Source of the DNA: an uncultured cyanobacterium
Lineage (GTDB): Bacteria > Cyanobacteriota > Cyanobacteriia > Cyanobacteriales > CAWUOF01
NCBI GenBank assembly: GCA_963744145.1
Contig: CAVUSO010000001.1
Location: forward strand, 4,672,001-4,736,000
Direction of reading: 5' to 3'
Length of the DNA stretch: 64,000 bases
The notes under the pieces were generated by a model. It had not been told where the DNA came from, ran no database searches, and saw only the letters and a program-made list of their open reading frames with translations. Both the position numbers and the translations under genes were made by a program. Below, piece by piece: positions 59,592-64,000 of the stretch (its first letter is position 1; each line of letters starts with the position of its first letter).

Positions 59592-61976
59592 ATGAAAATC
59601 AAACAGTTATTTATAACTAATAGAGATTATTTCTGGCAAATACTGCTATTAATTCTTACTTATTTCTGCGTTGGAAAAATATCTATATCAATAGGTTCTT
59701 TACCTGGAAACGTAACCGCAGTATGGCCATTAGCTGGAATTAATTTAGCCGCACTACTATTACTGGGATATCGCGTTTGGTGGGGAATTGGACTGGGGTG
59801 TTTTTTTCTAGAATTTTCCATTTATGGACTTACACAAATTGGGATCTTCCTGGAATTAAGCATAACAATAGGAGTTATAGCAGAATTAATTTTAGCTACC
59901 TATTTGATTAAGCGATTTGTGAAAAATCGTTATTTACTAGATCGATCTCAGGATATTTTCTTATTTTTAATAATAACTACTTTGTGTTTTTTCATATCCC
60001 CTAGTATCAGTGTTACAGCTATATGTCTTGGGGGAAAAGCTCCTTGGGAAGCCTATAGCATAATTTGGTATACATGGTGGACGTCAGAAGTAGTTGGGAT
60101 GATTATTTTCGCTCCTATATTTTTAGCATGGAGCCAGAAAGGCGAACAAATTCAAGAAATTATCAAACAAAAGATTAGTGAAGCAACTATTTTAATAGTA
60201 TTAGTAATTACCATTAGTTTAATTACCTTTCGTCTTAGCTATCCCATCGAATATATCTTGATTCCCCTATTAATGTGGTCGGCTTTTAGCTTAAAACAGA
60301 TAGGGGCAACTTTACTAATCGTAATTGTCTCACTGATTTCAATTATCGGCACCGCTCATGGTTTCGGTCCTTTTGTTCGTCCATCAGTTAATGAGTCTTT
60401 AGTATTATTGCAATCTTTTGTAGCTGTGGTTGCTTTAACTACCCTAATTTTATCCGCTCTAATTACTGAAAACCAGCAGGGACAAGCAAAACTGATTACA
60501 GTTAATCAAGAACTAGAAAGATTTAATCAAGAATTAGATTTACGAGTCAAAGAAAGAACAAATGAACTGAAAATAGCTAAAGAAGTTGCTGATAATGCTA
60601 ATCAAGCTAAAAGCGAATTTCTGGCTAATATGAGTCACGAATTACGAACACCTCTAAATGGGATTTTAGGTTATGCTCAAATTCTCGGACGTGCCAAAGT
60701 TATTCCTGAGAAAGAAAAACATCAAGTCAACATTATTTATCAGTGTGGTTCTCATCTACTAACTCTAATTAATGACGTTCTAGATATTGCCAAAATTGAG
60801 GCTCGTAAACTTGAACTTGTACCTAGTGCCATTCATTTACCATCTCTAGTACAAGGTGTGGTGGAAATCTCCCAAATCCGCGCTCAACAAAAAGGTATTG
60901 ATTTTTACTATACTCCAGATCCTAGGTTACCTCATGGTGTTATTGCTGATGAAAAACGTTTGCGACAGGTACTAATTAACCTCTTAGGTAATGCAATTAA
61001 ATTTACTGATCAAGGTAGTGTCACTCTAAAAGTTGAGCCATTAAACTCAAATACTAATCCAACTCTATTTGCTTACCTCCGCTTTTCTGTTGTCGATACT
61101 GGAATTGGAATTAGTGATGAAAATATTCCGAAACTATTCCAAGCATTTCAACAAGTAGGCGATCGCACTCGTCAAGCGGAAGGAACTGGATTAGGATTAG
61201 CGATTAGTCAACAAATTGTCCAATTGATGGGAGGGAAAATTAAAGTAGAGAGTACCTTGGGAGTAGGAAGTAAATTCTTTTTTGAAGTCAAATTACCACT
61301 CAATAAGGAATGGGTACAACAACAAACAAATAAGGCTGGGAATATTATTAGCTATAATGGAGATAAAAAACAAATATTAATTATAGACGATCGTTGGGAA
61401 AATCGAGCAGTAATTGTTAATTTATTATCACCGATTGGTTTTGTAGTTAGGGAAGCGGAGAATGGAAAAGAAGGATTAGATAAAATCAGGGAAAATCACC
61501 CAGATTTAGTAATTACAGATTTAGCAATGCCCGTAATGGATGGATTTGAATTTCTTAAACAATTGCGAAATAATCAAAATTTAAAACATACAAAAGTTCT
61601 AGTTTCCTCAGCATCTGTAGCTGAAATAGATCAACAAATGAGCTTAGATGCAGGTGGGGATGATTTTCTTGCTAAACCAGTTTATGCCCAAGATTTATTT
61701 AACCTCTTAGCCCATCACTTACAAATTACTTGGAATTATGAAGAAGTCGAAATAGCCCAGCAACAAGAAATCATATTTCCCCCAGTAACAGAACTAGAAA
61801 AAATCTACCAATCTAGTAGAATTGGTGATATGGATACAGTGATCAATGAAGCTACTCGGTTAGAACAGTTGAATCCAGCATATCAACCTTTTGTTACTCG
61901 TTTAATTGAGTTTACCGACAATTTTGATGATACTGGTATTATCGAATTTCTGGAACCTATTATGCGATCGCCATAA
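59592..61976 (+). CDS. MASE1-domain hybrid sensor histidine kinase
   Basis: TAVWPLAGI and WYTWW MASE1 TMs; [41 protein letters not shown]. Confidence 0.92.
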   Translation: MKIKQLFITNRDYFWQILLLILTYFCVGKISISIGSLPGNVTAVWPLAGINLAALLLLGYRVWWGIGLGCFFLEFSIYGLTQIGIFLELSITIGVIAELILATYLIKRFVKNRYLLDRSQDIFLFLIITTLCFFISPSISVTAICLGGKAPWEAYSIIWYTWWTSEVVGMIIFAPIFLAWSQKGEQIQEIIKQKISEATILIVLVITISLITFRLSYPIEYILIPLLMWSAFSLKQIGATLLIVIVSLISIIGTAHGFGPFVRPSVNESLVLLQSFVAVVALTTLILSALITENQQGQAKLITVNQELERFNQELDLRVKERTNELKIAKEVADNANQAKSEFLANMSHELRTPLNGILGYAQILGRAKVIPEKEKHQVNIIYQCGSHLLTLINDVLDIAKIEARKLELVPSAIHLPSLVQGVVEISQIRAQQKGIDFYYTPDPRLPHGVIADEKRLRQVLINLLGNAIKFTDQGSVTLKVEPLNSNTNPTLFAYLRFSVVDTGIGISDENIPKLFQAFQQVGDRTRQAEGTGLGLAISQQIVQLMGGKIKVESTLGVGSKFFFEVKLPLNKEWVQQQTNKAGNIISYNGDKKQILIIDDRWENRAVIVNLLSPIGFVVREAENGKEGLDKIRENHPDLVITDLAMPVMDGFEFLKQLRNNQNLKHTKVLVSSASVAEIDQQMSLDAGGDDFLAKPVYAQDLFNLLAHHLQITWNYEEVEIAQQQEIIFPPVTELEKIYQSSRIGDMDTVINEATRLEQLNPAYQPFVTRLIEFTDNFDDTGIIEFLEPIMRSP

Positions 61977-62245
61977 TTTAATCTGTAAAAATACTTAGCG
62001 ATTAATCTGGAACCTAACTTCACCTTAAGACTGAAACTTCACTGGTAATTTGAATTTTATCTCTGACCACGAGACGGATGAGACGGTCTCAGGACCTACG
62101 TGAGCTTTGGCAAGCTAGAAAACTTAAAAGATGCTGTACAGAAAAATTTTAGGGTTTTCTGTGAAAATTTCTGCGTAATTTTTTGGCACTGGTCCGATAC
62201 GTAAATGAACCTCCTTAAAAATCGTCAAAATTGGTCAGTGTAACT

Positions 62246-62485
62246 ATGGCTAATATGTCGCCTTCCTCTAAACGCAGTAAAAGACGCCAGTTACTTTCAC
62301 TATATGGAAACTACTGTTGCTGGTGCCGTAAGCAGATGAGAAGATCGGAAAGAACCATTGAACATTTAATTCCCAAAAGTCTGGGAGGTTCCAACGCACT
62401 CTCCAACCTACGTTTGGCTTGTTTTAGTTGTAATAATTCGCGGGGCAACAGCCTCATCCCCCCAGTTAGAAAAAATTTATTGTAA
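62246..62485 (+). CDS. Small HNH endonuclease
   Basis: CCWC...TIEHLIPKSLGGSNALSNLRLACFSCNNSRG. Confidence 0.88.
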   Translation: MANMSPSSKRSKRRQLLSLYGNYCCWCRKQMRRSERTIEHLIPKSLGGSNALSNLRLACFSCNNSRGNSLIPPVRKNLL

Positions 62486-62540
62486 TTTTACAGTAAATAC
62501 AGTAAATTGGTATAAGCCACTAGTACCTGTAAAAAATGGT

Positions 62541-63233
62541 ATGGATGATTTAGATAAACGGCTAGCTAATTTAATTACCCAACTACAGCAAGCTCCACCA
62601 CAAACGAGTAAATGGCGATCGGCTATGAATTATTTACTGCGGGAAATTCAGCAACTCCCTGGATTAGTCAAATCTTCTCACCCAGACTATCCGACTGCAT
62701 TAAACCTTACCTTAGTATGGGTCAGCCATAATATAGCTAATTTTCAGCTACGTTCTTCTTCGGTTTCAAAGAGTTTAGAAATCTGGATTAACGGCTATCA
62801 TCGTTGGCGAATTAAAGATTTGTATGCTCCAGATAAAGATGCTGCAATTAGCTTAGATGCTCCGATTCAAGAAGAAGCTGGTGAAAGAACTCTACTTGAA
62901 CAAATACCTGCTTTTACACTTAGCGGTTTGGATGGTTTAATTGAAAATAACCAAAAAGAAACGACTCAACGTATCGGGTTAGAATTAGAGGTATACATCG
63001 AACAAGATCCAGAAGAAAACCTTAAAAATAGCTATCCTCGCTCGTACCCTGAATGTAACTGTCAATTTCTCAGCAAAAGACGAATCCTAAAAGAACCCCC
63101 AGACAAATTTGCAGATGTCGCAAGAGAACTCAATATTAAATACACTACAGTTAATTCTCATTGGCAGAGGAAATGCCAACCATTGCTACAAGAAATCGCT
63201 AAAAATCTGGGATATCAACAGGAGCAACAATAA
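62541..63233 (+). CDS. Sigma-70-like / HetZ-like transcription factor
   Basis: WING....RIKD, ISLDAPI, YIEQDP, PECNCQ.L, C-terminal HTH (ARELNIKYTTVNSHWQRKC.P.L). Confidence 0.7.
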   Translation: MDDLDKRLANLITQLQQAPPQTSKWRSAMNYLLREIQQLPGLVKSSHPDYPTALNLTLVWVSHNIANFQLRSSSVSKSLEIWINGYHRWRIKDLYAPDKDAAISLDAPIQEEAGERTLLEQIPAFTLSGLDGLIENNQKETTQRIGLELEVYIEQDPEENLKNSYPRSYPECNCQFLSKRRILKEPPDKFADVARELNIKYTTVNSHWQRKCQPLLQEIAKNLGYQQEQQ

Positions 63234-63994
63234 TGAACAATACAGAAACACCTTTACTAAGAGTAATGCTAGAACCAGAAGCACACAAAATTGCGCGGCA
63301 ATTGGCGGCTGTGCAAGCAACAGTTAATAAAGGAAAGCGAGTTTACTTGAATACTTTAGCTGTTTACGCAGTCTCTACCTATTTAAAATGGTTGCAAATT
63401 AAAACCGATCTGAATAATTCAGATAGCTTTGATCCAGTAAAAACCGCTTTATCCAATGTAGCTGATTTAGTGATTCCTGGTATGGGTAAACTAGAGTGTT
63501 GTCCGGTTTTACCAGGTGAAAAAACCATCTCTTTATCATCAGATGTAATAGAAAATCCCATCGGTTATGTTGCCGTCCAATTTACAGAGAATTTAGACTC
63601 CGTACAACTATTGGGATTTGCGCCAAGTCAAGATCCGTTAAATATTCCACAATTGTTAGCATTAACAGAACTTATGCCTATTGATGCTCTGAGCGAACAA
63701 ATTACTCGCTTGGAAAATGCGATCGCATTTCTAGAAACAGATGACCAAGTAGCAGTGCAGGTGCGTTCTCAGATAGAAACCCAATCTTGGAGTGATATTA
63801 TTAATCAGTTAGAACGCATTTACCGAACTTGTGATGAGTATGAATGGCGGTATGCAGGAGGAGAAATATTAGCTGGAGATGCGATCGCTGTTGATGCTAC
63901 TCGCGAAACAATTCAACAAAATGATAGCGAATTACAAGATTTAGCCGAAATACTAATGGAAAAATTAGCAAAAATTTGGAGAGATATTGTGTAG
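63233..63994 (+). CDS. DUF1822 family protein
   Basis: KRVYLNTLAVYAV..YL, ADLVIPG.GKLEC.PV, IGYVAVQF.E.L....LLGF. Confidence 0.88.
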   Translation: MNNTETPLLRVMLEPEAHKIARQLAAVQATVNKGKRVYLNTLAVYAVSTYLKWLQIKTDLNNSDSFDPVKTALSNVADLVIPGMGKLECCPVLPGEKTISLSSDVIENPIGYVAVQFTENLDSVQLLGFAPSQDPLNIPQLLALTELMPIDALSEQITRLENAIAFLETDDQVAVQVRSQIETQSWSDIINQLERIYRTCDEYEWRYAGGEILAGDAIAVDATRETIQQNDSELQDLAEILMEKLAKIWRDIV

Positions 63995-64000
63995 GGGCGA

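Noticed and set aside
62060..62130. Hammerhead ribozyme
   Set aside because: No CUGANGA core with a correctly paired GAAA could be identified on either strand.
1..64000. tRNA/rRNA genes
   Set aside because: None recognised by eye; a tRNAscan/Rfam run would be needed to exclude them.

Overview
This is AT-rich cyanobacterial chromosomal DNA: the HIP1 octamer GCGATCGC is abundant, and psbK plus typical cyanobacterial Uma2, GUN4 and DUF1822 genes are present. 1-5.4 kb is a tandem array of at least 5 near-identical Rpn (PD-(D/E)XK nuclease/DUF4351) genes, each with a different number of 12-bp EGxx repeats. 5.4-27 kb is mostly housekeeping: osmoprotectant ABC transporter, epimerase/DUF1611, Fur/Zur, purS, purQ, GST, psbK, tgt, cobS, a hybrid kinase and urtA, plus a YtpB-like terpene cyclase. 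27-40 kb is an accessory island of Uma2 genes and pseudogenes, toxin-antitoxin-like pairs, MITEs and a duplicated module. The module is a small TM protein, a CHAT protease-STAND NTPase-GUN4 gene, a conserved 3' non-coding sequence and a convergent Y1/HUH transposase remnant. The last ~80 nt of each GUN4 gene is a non-alignable, almost C-free G/T tract ending at a DNA motif conserved in two different reading frames. This is the best candidate for an undescribed diversification/immunity system. 40-64 kb holds PadR, cobA-hemD, a secreted PHB depolymerase with a phasin-like neighbour, a NACHT-HEAT NLR-like gene, hpnA/RND, a MASE1 hybrid kinase and an HNH / sigma-like / DUF1822 cluster with a structured upstream region. 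Three single-base frameshifts may be assembly errors. All family assignments come from motif recognition by eye; no searches were run.
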